A DNA stretch of 60,875 bases from SAR86 cluster bacterium (GTDB lineage Bacteria > Pseudomonadota > Gammaproteobacteria > Magnimaribacterales > D2472). The DNA lies in assembly GCA_004212975.1 (NCBI GenBank), contig SHBF01000002.1, positions 1-60,875 of the forward strand, written 5' to 3'. Below, piece after piece: positions 40,930 through 50,215 of this stretch (positions within the stretch are counted from its first letter, which is position 1; every line of letters begins with the position of its first letter). The notes beneath the pieces are model-generated. The model saw only the letters and a list, made by a program, of their open reading frames with translations, made no database searches and was not told where the DNA came from. The position numbers and the translations under genes are program-made.

Positions 40930-41760
40930 ATGAAGTTAAGAGACTTTAAAATTGATAATAACGAAAAAATGACCCTCATGGGCGGTATGAATGTTCTTGA
41001 ATCAAGAGATTTGGCAATGGAAGTGGCTGAAAAATTCAAGAATGTAACTGATAAAAATGATATTAATTATATTTTTAAAGGCTCTTTTGACAAAGCTAAC
41101 AGGAGCTCTATTAATTCATTCAGGGGGCCAGGTTTGGACGAAGGCCTAAAAATATTAGAGGAAATTTCAAAAACTTATGATATTCCTGTAATCACTGACA
41201 TTCATGAGCCTAATCAAGCAAAATCAGTAAGTGAAATTTGTGAGGTTATTCAAATACCTGCTTTCCTTGCAAGACAAACCGATCTAGTTAGTGCAGCTGC
41301 AAAAACTTCTTCCATAATTCAATTTAAGAAACCTCAATTTTTATCTGCTCAAGAGATGTCAAACGTCGTTGAAAAATGTGAAGCAGCTGGAAATAAAAAT
41401 ATTACTTTGTGTGAAAGAGGTAACTCATATGGATACAACAATTTGGTTGTTGATACTTTAAATTTTCAAATTTTAAAAAAATTATCAAAACCTGTAATTT
41501 TTGATGTAACACATTCACTTCAATTACCAGGAGGCTTAGGAAGTTCAACTGGTGGTAGAAGAGAATATGTTTTAAGTCTTGCAAAAGCCGGTATGTCGCA
41601 ATCAATAGCTGGACTTTTTCTGGAAGCACATCCAAATCCTGATGAGGCTAAATGTGACGGACCTTGTGCATTACCTCTCTCTTATCTAGATAAATTTTTA
41701 AATCAAATAAAAGATTTGGATAATTTTGTTAAAGGTCAAAATAATTTAGAGATCAAATAA
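40930..41760 (+). CDS. kdsA: 3-deoxy-8-phosphooctulonate synthase
   Basis: FKGSFDKANRSS, QIPAFLARQTDL, FDVTHSLQLPGG. pyrG-kdsA-eno order as in Pseudomonas. Confidence 0.94.
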   Translation: MKLRDFKIDNNEKMTLMGGMNVLESRDLAMEVAEKFKNVTDKNDINYIFKGSFDKANRSSINSFRGPGLDEGLKILEEISKTYDIPVITDIHEPNQAKSVSEICEVIQIPAFLARQTDLVSAAAKTSSIIQFKKPQFLSAQEMSNVVEKCEAAGNKNITLCERGNSYGYNNLVVDTLNFQILKKLSKPVIFDVTHSLQLPGGLGSSTGGRREYVLSLAKAGMSQSIAGLFLEAHPNPDEAKCDGPCALPLSYLDKFLNQIKDLDNFVKGQNNLEIK

Positions 41761-41762
41761 CA

Positions 41763-43040
41763 ATGTCAAAAATATCGAATGTAAATGCTATTCAAGTTTT
41801 TGATTCTAGAGGCATTCCTACAATTGCTTGCGAAATAAAACTTGATAACGGGATATGTGCATCGGCAATGGTTCCAAGTGGAGCATCGACCGGTTCGAAG
41901 GAGGCAATAGAGCTCAGAGACAGTGATTCAAATTATCATGGAAAAGGTGTTCTTAACGCTATTTCAAATATTAATAATAAATTAGGTCCTTTATTAATTG
42001 GAAAAGAATCAGAAAATCAAATTGATATTGACAGAATATTAATTGATTATGACGGTACAGACGATAAATCATCTATGGGAGCAAATGCTATATTAGCTAT
42101 ATCCCTAGCAAGCTCTCATGTTGCAGCTAAAAATAAAAAAGTTAACCTATATGAGCATTTTTCGAGCATCTACAAAGATATAACAGGCAAAGCAAATAAA
42201 TACTCAATACCAATGCCAATGTTTAATATTTTGAACGGAGGAGAGCATGCTGATAATAATGTTGATATTCAAGAATTCATGATCGTACCAAGTGGTGCTA
42301 AGGATTTTACTCAGATAATGAAATGGTCAATGGAGATTTATCATAATTTAAAAGAAATTTTATTATCTAAAAATTATTCCACAGCAGTAGGTGATGAGGG
42401 CGGATTTGCACCAAATCTAAATTCAAATGAAGAAGCAATAGAATTAATAATTGAATCAATTAAAGCATCAAAACTTAATCCAGGAGAAGATGTGAATATT
42501 GCTCTTGATTGTGCTGCAAGTGAGTTTTTTGATGGTAATAATTATTTTTTAAAAGGTGAAAATAAAAAATATACATCTGCAGAATTTACAAATTATCTTG
42601 ATAACCTAATTACACGATACCCAATTTCATCTATTGAGGACGCAATGGATGAAAATGATGTGGAGGGTTGGAAGCTAGTTACTGATAAATTGGGAAAAAA
42701 ATGTCAGCTTGTCGGCGATGATTTATTTGTTACTAATAAAAAAATTTTTTTAAAAGGTATCAATCACAAACTTGCTAATTCAATTTTGATTAAATTTAAC
42801 CAGGTTGGGACTATATCGGAAACAATTGAGACAATTGATTGTGCAAGAGATAATGGCTATAAATGTATTATATCTCACAGATCTGGAGAAACTGAGGATA
42901 CAACTATTTCAGATTTAGCAGTTGGATTAGGAGCATCACAAATTAAGACTGGAGCACCTTGCAGGTCTGATAGAATTGCAAAATATAATAGATTGCTTTG
43001 GATTGAAAATAAAAGCAACGATATTTTGTTAAATGAATAA
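41763..43040 (+). CDS. eno: Enolase
   Basis: DSRGIPT, VPSGASTGSKEA, GDEGGFAP, IKFNQVGTISET, SHRSGETED. Confidence 0.97.
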   Translation: MSKISNVNAIQVFDSRGIPTIACEIKLDNGICASAMVPSGASTGSKEAIELRDSDSNYHGKGVLNAISNINNKLGPLLIGKESENQIDIDRILIDYDGTDDKSSMGANAILAISLASSHVAAKNKKVNLYEHFSSIYKDITGKANKYSIPMPMFNILNGGEHADNNVDIQEFMIVPSGAKDFTQIMKWSMEIYHNLKEILLSKNYSTAVGDEGGFAPNLNSNEEAIELIIESIKASKLNPGEDVNIALDCAASEFFDGNNYFLKGENKKYTSAEFTNYLDNLITRYPISSIEDAMDENDVEGWKLVTDKLGKKCQLVGDDLFVTNKKIFLKGINHKLANSILIKFNQVGTISETIETIDCARDNGYKCIISHRSGETEDTTISDLAVGLGASQIKTGAPCRSDRIAKYNRLLWIENKSNDILLNE

Positions 43041-43338
43041 ACTAAATCTTTTATTCTATTTATTGTTGGTTTTAATAATTATTTTGCTATTAAATAGCAT
43101 TTTTTTTGGCGAGAATAACTACGCCAATAGAAATTCTCTTGTAATAGAAAATACTGCACAAAAATTAAAAAATGAAGCCATTAAAAAAGAAAATGAAATT
43201 CTTGAATTTGAGATTAAGAATGCTCAAAATTCAAATGACCATGTGGAGAATTTTGCTAGAGAGAAGCTCAACTTAACTTATCCTGAGGAAGAATTTATAT
43301 CTTTCGAAGAAGAAAAAAAAGATGATGAAAGAAAATAG
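43033..43338 (+). CDS. ftsB: Cell division protein FtsB
   Basis: 101-aa bitopic protein with a TM helix, a coiled coil and ENFAREKLNLTYPEEEF; eno-ftsB-ispD order. Confidence 0.78.
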   Translation: MNKLNLLFYLLLVLIIILLLNSIFFGENNYANRNSLVIENTAQKLKNEAIKKENEILEFEIKNAQNSNDHVENFAREKLNLTYPEEEFISFEEEKKDDERK

Positions 43339-44461
43339 TTTATTGGCAATAATTGCGGCTGCAGGAATTGGAAAAAGATTTGATGGTGATCTGCCCAAGC
43401 AGTATGTCAAAATTAATGGAAGATCTATAATTGAAAATGCTGTAAAGCCTTTTATAGACTCAAAATATATTTCTAAGATAGTAATCGTAATTTCTGATGG
43501 AGATCAGCTTATAAAAAATCAGAACTTTTATAATTGCGAAAAAATTGAATATATTATTGGAGGATTGACTCGACAAGAATCAATTTTTAATGCTCTTAAG
43601 TCGATTGAAGATAATTATGAATTTGTTGTTACGCATGACGCAGCACGACCAAATGTTTCTGAAGATGATATTGCAAGACTTTTTGAAGATATTGTTCATT
43701 CAAAGTCGAGTTGTTCATATCTGTATACTCCTGTTTATGATTCAATTAGGGAAGAGAACAGAACTTTAGACAAATCTAAATTTAATTTAGTTCAAACCCC
43801 TCAAATATGTAATTTCAAAGACTTAAAAAAATCTTTACAAAGCTGTATCGATAATAATATGGATTGTCCTGATGAATCATTTGCCATTGAATATTCAAAT
43901 CTTAAGTTATCTAAGATTCTGGGAGATAGATCGAATATAAAAGTGACAGAGAAAGCTGATATTGAAATTCTCAATAATTTTCGTACAAGAAGTGGTATTG
44001 GTTATGACCTTCACAAATATGAACCAGGAGATGGGATTATTTTGGGCGGATATAAAATTAAATGTAATTTCAAGATTGTAGCTCATTCTGATGGAGACGT
44101 ATTACTCCATTCAATTGCTGATTCAATATTGGGTGCTGCTGGGTTGGGTGACATTGGGATGTTTTTTTCAGATCAAGACAATAAAAATAAGAATTTAGAT
44201 AGTACGCTTATCATTGAATACTGCCTAAATGAATTAAATAAAATGGATTTAGAAATTTATAACATTGATACAACAATTATTTGTGAAAATCCTAAAATTA
44301 ATCCTCATAGGGAAAAAATTCTAGAAAATTTGTCTGCAATATTAAAAGTTCCTATAAAAAAAATTGGTTTAAAAGCTACTACATCAGAAAAAATTGGAAT
44401 TATTGGAAATAATGAAGCTATATCAGTTCAAAGTATAGTAAATTTAAAGGACTTATCATGA
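43322..44461 (+). CDS. ispDF: Bifunctional IspD/IspF (MEP cytidylyltransferase + MEcPP synthase)
   Basis: The N-terminal half has AAGIGKRF and THDAARP (IspD). The C-terminal half has GIGYDLHKY, AHSDGDVLLHSIADSILGA and GDIGMFF (IspF). Single uninterrupted 379-aa frame. Confidence 0.9.
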   Translation: MMKENSLLAIIAAAGIGKRFDGDLPKQYVKINGRSIIENAVKPFIDSKYISKIVIVISDGDQLIKNQNFYNCEKIEYIIGGLTRQESIFNALKSIEDNYEFVVTHDAARPNVSEDDIARLFEDIVHSKSSCSYLYTPVYDSIREENRTLDKSKFNLVQTPQICNFKDLKKSLQSCIDNNMDCPDESFAIEYSNLKLSKILGDRSNIKVTEKADIEILNNFRTRSGIGYDLHKYEPGDGIILGGYKIKCNFKIVAHSDGDVLLHSIADSILGAAGLGDIGMFFSDQDNKNKNLDSTLIIEYCLNELNKMDLEIYNIDTTIICENPKINPHREKILENLSAILKVPIKKIGLKATTSEKIGIIGNNEAISVQSIVNLKDLS

Positions 44462-45213
44462 AAATATTGCTTACAAATGATGATGGATATAAAGCCCATA
44501 ATATTCAGAACATGTATGAGGAACTATCAAAAGATCATGATGTGTGGATAGTCGCCCCAAAAAATAATTGCAGTGGTATGAGCGCTGCTATTTCTTACCT
44601 AAGTGAGATTGAGGTTACGAAAATCGATGATAAGATCTATGCAGTAGATGGAACCCCGGCTGATTGCACATATTTAGGGTTATTAAGTATAGTTGATTTT
44701 GAATTCGATATTGTAATATCAGGTATTAATCATGGAGCAAATATTGGTAATGACGTTTTATATTCTGGAACAGTTGGAGCTGCTGTTGGAGGAAGGAATT
44801 TAAAGTATCCACCAATTGCTATATCAGTTGCCTCTTATGATGCTAAAGATATAAGCTTTATAACAAAAAAATCGGTTGAGTTAATTAATAAAATTATAAA
44901 ATCTAGTGAAACTTATATTGGAAAAGTAATTAATATAAATTTTCCAGATATTTCAGAAGAGGAATATAAAGGAGTTAAGGCAACAGGATTATCTAAAAGA
45001 GACGTTCCAGCTAAACCTATTAAGATAGAAGATCAATCCTTGTCAAAAGAAATGTACAGGTATCGATATAACCTATCAGGAGACCCTATTAAAGGTGATT
45101 ATGTAACTGATGCTGAAGCAGTTGTGGATGGATATGTTTCCATATCTGTACTTGACTATAGTCTAGGCTCATCTAAATTTATTGAGAATCTTTCTGAGAT
45201 AATAAATGAGTAA
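44458..45213 (+). CDS. surE: 5'/3'-nucleotidase SurE
   Basis: MKILLTNDDGY, GINHGANIGNDVLYSGTVGAA; ATGA overlap with ispDF. Confidence 0.93.
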   Translation: MKILLTNDDGYKAHNIQNMYEELSKDHDVWIVAPKNNCSGMSAAISYLSEIEVTKIDDKIYAVDGTPADCTYLGLLSIVDFEFDIVISGINHGANIGNDVLYSGTVGAAVGGRNLKYPPIAISVASYDAKDISFITKKSVELINKIIKSSETYIGKVININFPDISEEEYKGVKATGLSKRDVPAKPIKIEDQSLSKEMYRYRYNLSGDPIKGDYVTDAEAVVDGYVSISVLDYSLGSSKFIENLSEIINE

Positions 45214-45886
45214 CTCTGGATTTACTTTTAGAAGGGTTAGAGAGGAAATGATTGAAACCCTTCTAGATTTAGGGATAAAAGATTTCAGAGTACTCGATGC
45301 GATTTCACAAGTGCCAAGACATATTTTTCTTGACGAAGCTCTTTGGTCGAGAGCCTATGAAAACAGATCACTGACTATTGGTTATAAGCAAACAATTTCT
45401 CAGCCATATATAGTTGCAAGAATGACTGAATTATTAATTTCTCATACAAATTCAAGAGGTAAAATATTTAAAAATCTACTTGAACTTGGATCAGGTTGCG
45501 GATATCAATCAGCAGTACTTTCTTTTTTTAGTGAAAATGTTTTTGCAATAGAGCGAATAAAACCACTTGTTCAAAAATCAAAAGAGAATTTATCTCAATT
45601 AAAAATTAATAATGTGTTATTTAGACATGGCGATGGATATCAAGATTGGGAAAAAGAAAAAAATTATGATGGTATTTTATGTGCTGCTGCTCCAAGAGAG
45701 TATCCTAATGATTTAGTTTCTGTTTTAAATAATGATGCAAAGCTAGTAATTCCAGTTGGTGGAACATTTCAGAAATTAAATGTAATAACTAAAGTCAATA
45801 ATGATGAAATAAAAGAAGAAGAATTTGATGATGTATCATTTGTTCCAATGCTTGCAGGAAAATCAGAAGATGGCAACGATGTATGA
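45206..45886 (+). CDS. pcm: Protein-L-isoaspartate O-methyltransferase
   Basis: VPRHIFL, QTISQPYIVARMTE, SAM motif LELGSGCGYQSAVL; surE-pcm order. Confidence 0.92.
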   Translation: MSNSGFTFRRVREEMIETLLDLGIKDFRVLDAISQVPRHIFLDEALWSRAYENRSLTIGYKQTISQPYIVARMTELLISHTNSRGKIFKNLLELGSGCGYQSAVLSFFSENVFAIERIKPLVQKSKENLSQLKINNVLFRHGDGYQDWEKEKNYDGILCAAAPREYPNDLVSVLNNDAKLVIPVGGTFQKLNVITKVNNDEIKEEEFDDVSFVPMLAGKSEDGNDV

Positions 45887-46614
45887 AAGATCAATTTAAA
45901 TACTTTACAGCAGGTGTCTTCATAGGCATATCTGAATTGTTACCAGGTATATCTGGTGCGACTGTAGCATTAATGTTTGGAGTCTATGAAAAGATCCTAA
46001 ATTTTTTGACGAAATTTAGAGATTTAAATTTAATTATTCCATTATTAGTCGGGATGGTATTAAGTGTATTTTTATTTTCTTCACTTGTTAACTTTTTATA
46101 CACGAACTTTACTCAAACATTTAACATTTTTATAGCATTTATAATGATTGGATATGGCATTTTTTTGTTAATAAATACTTACTTAAAAGAAAATATTGAT
46201 AAAGGCAAAACTTTTTATTTAAATGTTTTTCTTGCAATTTTTATTGGTTTTTTGCTAAGTGGCTTTTACATAACTGGATCATATCCACCTGATGGCCCAT
46301 TTACACCCTCTGAAGGTGCGCTAATTATATTTGGTTTTATTGCGTGCACATTTTTACTTTTTCCAGGAATATCTGGCAGCGCATTTTTGTTAGCCGTTGG
46401 TATTTATCCTTACATTATTGGTAGCATATCGAATCTGAATATTGATGTATTACTTTCTTTTGCTATTGGAATGTTAATAGCTTTAATAGTTATGCCCAGG
46501 ATTATTAATAATGCATATAAGAAATATGGAAAATCAATACTAATATTTTTTGGTGGATTAATTTTTTCGGCTGGCTTATTGGATCTTGCAGAAATAGTTA
46601 ATTTTCTTTTATAA
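45883..46614 (+). CDS. DUF368-family polytopic membrane protein (candidate undecaprenyl-phosphate translocase, PopT-like)
   Basis: Two copies of the family signature PGISG ([18 protein letters not shown] and [17 protein letters not shown]) in a protein of about 8 TM helices. ATGA overlap with pcm. Confidence 0.8.
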   Translation: MKDQFKYFTAGVFIGISELLPGISGATVALMFGVYEKILNFLTKFRDLNLIIPLLVGMVLSVFLFSSLVNFLYTNFTQTFNIFIAFIMIGYGIFLLINTYLKENIDKGKTFYLNVFLAIFIGFLLSGFYITGSYPPDGPFTPSEGALIIFGFIACTFLLFPGISGSAFLLAVGIYPYIIGSISNLNIDVLLSFAIGMLIALIVMPRIINNAYKKYGKSILIFFGGLIFSAGLLDLAEIVNFLL

Positions 46615-46926
46615 AAATTCCTTTTTACTTTTAATATCTTTATATTTCTCAGCTTCTGGTAATGGTTCTTTCGCTTCTGTTATATTTTCATAAACTTCAG
46701 AAAGCCTGAGATTGATCTCTATGAATTCTATTTGATCTGACGGTAATTCGTCATCTGCATAAATAGCTTCAATAGGGCATTCAGGCTCGCATAAACCACA
46801 GTCAATACATTCATCTGGATGTATGACAAGGAATTCTGGACCTTCGTAAAAACAATCAACAGGACATACTTCAACACAATCAGTGTATTTACATTTAATG
46901 CATGATTCTGTTACTACGTATGTCAT
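46609..46926 (-). CDS. fdxA: Ferredoxin, Azotobacter 7Fe type (3Fe-4S + 4Fe-4S)
   Basis: [29 protein letters not shown] and [14 protein letters not shown] give the cysteine pattern of FdxA. Confidence 0.92.
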   Translation of the reverse strand: MTYVVTESCIKCKYTDCVEVCPVDCFYEGPEFLVIHPDECIDCGLCEPECPIEAIYADDELPSDQIEFIEINLRLSEVYENITEAKEPLPEAEKYKDIKSKKEFL

Positions 46927-47007
46927 AATTAGTTGAGAAGACTGAATTTTAGCTTACTAATTTTTAAATTTACACAAAACTGTTTAAAAAAATAGAAAAA
47001 TACTATA

Positions 47008-47027
47008 TACTGTATAAATATACAGTA
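47008..47027 (+). promoter_or_regulatory. LexA (SOS) box TACTGTATAAATATACAGTA
   Basis: Perfect CTGT-N8-ACAG palindrome with TA flanks, ending 16 nt upstream of the recA ATG and followed by an AAGGAG SD. Confidence 0.88.
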
Positions 47028-47043
47028 AATTAAGGAGTTAATT

Positions 47044-48051
47044 ATGCCTAAATCGAAAGATAATACCTCAAAATCATTAAAAGATACTATTGCAAGTATT
47101 GACGACCATTTTGGTAAAGGAACAGTAATGAGAATGGGCGATCGAGAAAATCTTGATATCCCCTCAATTTCAACAGGATCACTTGGTCTTGATATTGCAC
47201 TTGGAATAGGAGGAATTCCAAAAGGTAGAGTTACAGAAATTTATGGACCTGAGTCTTCTGGCAAAACTACTCTGACACTTCAAATAATTGCTCAATGTCA
47301 AAAAGAAGGAGGAACTTGTGCCTTTATTGATGCTGAACATGCTTTAGACCCACAATATGCTGAAAAATTAGGTGTCAATGTAGATGAATTGCTATTATCA
47401 CAACCTGATACTGGAGAACAGGCATTAGAAGTTGCAGATATGTTAGTCAAATCTAAGAGCGTAGATTTGGTAATTATCGACTCCGTTGCCGCATTGGTTC
47501 CAAGAGCAGAAATTGAAGGAGAGATGGGAGACCATCATGTTGGCCTTCAAGCTAGATTAATGTCACAAGCGCTTAGAAAAATTACAGGTAATATTCAAAG
47601 GTCTGGTGCCACTGTTGTTTTTATAAATCAAATAAGAATGAAAATTGGTGTTATGTTTGGCAGTCCTGAAACAACTACTGGAGGTAATGCTTTAAAGTTC
47701 TATTCTTCAGTAAGATTAGATATTAGAAGAATTGGTTCTGTAAAAGAGGGAGACGAAGTAATGGGTAACGAAACAAGAGTTAAAGTTGTTAAAAACAAAG
47801 TATCTCCTCCTTTTAAACAAGCAGAGTTCCAGATTATGTATGGACAAGGAATCAACCAGGAAGGTGAAATATTAGACTTTGGTCATAAACTTGGTTTGGT
47901 TGATAAATCAGGTGCTTTTTATAAATTAGATGGTGAGAGTATTGGACAAGGTAAGGTAAAAGCTAGTACTTTCCTAAAAGAAAATGCAAAAGTTAGAGAC
48001 AAACTTGTAAAAGAAATAAGATCTTCTTACATTACAAGTAAATCTAAATAA
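47044..48051 (+). CDS. recA: Recombinase RecA
   Basis: [10 protein letters not shown], Walker [56 protein letters not shown]. Confidence 0.98.
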   Translation: MPKSKDNTSKSLKDTIASIDDHFGKGTVMRMGDRENLDIPSISTGSLGLDIALGIGGIPKGRVTEIYGPESSGKTTLTLQIIAQCQKEGGTCAFIDAEHALDPQYAEKLGVNVDELLLSQPDTGEQALEVADMLVKSKSVDLVIIDSVAALVPRAEIEGEMGDHHVGLQARLMSQALRKITGNIQRSGATVVFINQIRMKIGVMFGSPETTTGGNALKFYSSVRLDIRRIGSVKEGDEVMGNETRVKVVKNKVSPPFKQAEFQIMYGQGINQEGEILDFGHKLGLVDKSGAFYKLDGESIGQGKVKASTFLKENAKVRDKLVKEIRSSYITSKSK

Positions 48052-48098
48052 TTTTTTGATACAATAAGTCCTATTAATTAATTTTAGTAGGATTTTTT

Positions 48099-49280
48099 AT
48101 GGTAGAGAAAGCATATATTGTTGAAGCAGTAAGAACAGCTGGTGGTAAAAGAGATGGAAGATTGAGTCTGTGGCACCCGGCTGATCTTGGAGCAAAGGTT
48201 CTAGATGAATTAGTAACGAGATTAGATATTGATCCTGTGGTTGTAGATGATGTAATTTTTGGCTGTGTTGATCAGGTTGGGGCACAATCAGGAAACGTAG
48301 CTAGAAATGCAGTCTTGTCTTCGTCTTTTCCTGAATCTGTTCCTGGAACTTCTGTTGATAGACAATGTGGTTCATCTCAACAAGCAATTCACTTTGCAAT
48401 TCAGGCTGTAATGTCTGGTACTCAAGATATTGTTATAGGCGGAGGTGTTGAAGTAATGTCTATGGTCCCTATCGGTGCAGCAGTTACAGATGGATATAAT
48501 GCTGGACACGGGCTACCGTTTGATTCTGATGGAATGAAAGAAAGATATCCAAATATATTTTTCTCTCAATTTACAGGCGCAGAACTAGTAGCTGATAAAT
48601 GGAATCTTTCTCGTGAAGATCTAGATCAATTTGCTTTAGAAAGTCATCAAAAAGCAGCTCAAGCAACAGAATCAAAATATTTTAATAAAGAAATTTTACC
48701 TGTCGAAGGTAAAAATGCTGAGGGCATTAACGATTTAGTAATGGCAGATGAAGGTATCAGATTTGATGCTAGTCTTGATAAATTAGCAGGATTGAACCCA
48801 GTAACTGAAGGTGGCAAAATTACCGCTGGTAATGCCAGTCAAATCACAGATGGTGCTGCAGCTGTTCTTATTTGCAATGATGCAGGATTAAAAAAGATCA
48901 AATCTAACCCAAGGGCAGAAATAGTATCTATTTCTGTTGTTGGAGATGATCCTGTATTTATGTTGACTGGACCAATACCTGCATCTCACAAGGCTTTAGA
49001 CATTGCTAAATTAAGCATTGATGATATTGATATATATGAAGTCAATGAAGCATTTGCTCCAGTTCCTCTTGCATGGGCTGAAGAATTAAAGGCAGATAGA
49101 AGTAAATTAAATGTCAATGGTGGTGCAATGGCGCTCGGACATCCTCTTGGCGCAACAGGCGCAAAGTTAATGACTACTATGTTACATGAACTTGAAAGAA
49201 GAGATGGAAATTATGCTCTTCAAGCTATTTGTGAAGGTGGTGGTACAGCAAACGCAACAATAATAAAACGAATTGCTTAA
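48099..49280 (+). CDS. Thiolase (acetyl-CoA C-acyltransferase family)
   Basis: Nucleophile context VDRQCGSSQQA, NVNGGAMALGHPLGATG, and C-terminal CEGGGTANA. Confidence 0.9.
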   Translation: MVEKAYIVEAVRTAGGKRDGRLSLWHPADLGAKVLDELVTRLDIDPVVVDDVIFGCVDQVGAQSGNVARNAVLSSSFPESVPGTSVDRQCGSSQQAIHFAIQAVMSGTQDIVIGGGVEVMSMVPIGAAVTDGYNAGHGLPFDSDGMKERYPNIFFSQFTGAELVADKWNLSREDLDQFALESHQKAAQATESKYFNKEILPVEGKNAEGINDLVMADEGIRFDASLDKLAGLNPVTEGGKITAGNASQITDGAAAVLICNDAGLKKIKSNPRAEIVSISVVGDDPVFMLTGPIPASHKALDIAKLSIDDIDIYEVNEAFAPVPLAWAEELKADRSKLNVNGGAMALGHPLGATGAKLMTTMLHELERRDGNYALQAICEGGGTANATIIKRIA

Positions 49281-50209
49281 TTATCTGTAAAGTTTAAAAG
49301 TATATTTTTAAACCTTTGACCAAAAAATTTTGGTTCGTGGTCGTGATTTGGGTGTACCTCATATATAAAATTTATTTGAGAGCCTAATAGAATTTTATTT
49401 ATTTCATTTTGTGGGTTCTCATAAAGTGAGTCTAAGCCAACTGTTCCATGATCAAAATATAGTTTTTGTGAAGATAATTTACTTACATTATCTTTAATAT
49501 ATTTCTGAATAGCTTTGGTGGTAGATTCATCACCACTGATTTTCATTCTGAACGGAAGAATTAAATATTCACTTATTTTTATTCCAACCCAGTGTGTAGA
49601 AATGCAGCCAACAAATCCAAAGATTTCAGGATTTTCAATTGACATATTTAAGGCTGAGAGCCCACCCATACTTGCACCAATAATGCCGAGGTTATCTCTA
49701 TTAAGCTTTGTATCAAATTTTTTCTCGATAAAGGGAATAACTTTATTAATAACAAAATCTTGATAATTAAATTTTTGAGAATCTATAAAATTAGAATAAA
49801 TCGATCTTTTCAAATTTCCATCTATATATTTTATAGATTCCTTTGGAAAGTATTCTGCGTACCTCCTTGTTTCATCCAAAATATTCCCATTAATTCTCTT
49901 AGCACTATCGATTGCAATAATTACAAGGTTAAGATTTTCTTTTTGAGTTTTTAAATCTTTGAATGTTTCATCAATATTCCATGCCTTTCCATTCCAAGAA
50001 TCATTCTCTGAAAATAACTCCTCACCATCATTCATAATAATGAACTTTGTCTTATTATTGACATTTTTTGAGTAAGGATAGTAAATTTGAATTCTTCGTT
50101 CATTAGTTCCACTTTTCAGATAAATCTCTTCAATTGAGCCGATTGATAATTCTGTACTAAAAGATTGAAAGCTAACCATCGATATGATTAAAAAATTTAT
50201 AAACTTCAT
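49277..50209 (-). CDS. Exported alpha/beta-hydrolase, 'putative esterase' (esterase D / IroE-like) family
   Basis: Signal peptide (FLIISMVSFQSFS), nucleophile elbow GASMGG, and a distal HDH (PNHDHE). It starts 6 nt downstream of the Anbu gene on the same strand. Confidence 0.6.
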   Translation of the reverse strand: MKFINFLIISMVSFQSFSTELSIGSIEEIYLKSGTNERRIQIYYPYSKNVNNKTKFIIMNDGEELFSENDSWNGKAWNIDETFKDLKTQKENLNLVIIAIDSAKRINGNILDETRRYAEYFPKESIKYIDGNLKRSIYSNFIDSQKFNYQDFVINKVIPFIEKKFDTKLNRDNLGIIGASMGGLSALNMSIENPEIFGFVGCISTHWVGIKISEYLILPFRMKISGDESTTKAIQKYIKDNVSKLSSQKLYFDHGTVGLDSLYENPQNEINKILLGSQINFIYEVHPNHDHEPKFFGQRFKNILLNFTDN

Positions 50210-50215
50210 TAAGAT

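Noticed and set aside
48069-48098. Possible rho-independent terminator after recA (TCCTA...TAGGA plus TTTTTT)
   Set aside because: The stem is only 5 bp with a 14-nt loop, which is too weak to call. The T-run runs straight into the thiolase start codon.
48099-49280. Thiolase gene looked somewhat more G/C-rich than its neighbours, considered as a horizontally acquired island together with the esterase/Anbu patch
   Set aside because: I cannot compute composition reliably by eye, and conserved enzymes (ftsZ, recA, eno) show the same local G+C rise. No mobile-element hallmarks (integrase, tRNA, direct repeats) flank it.
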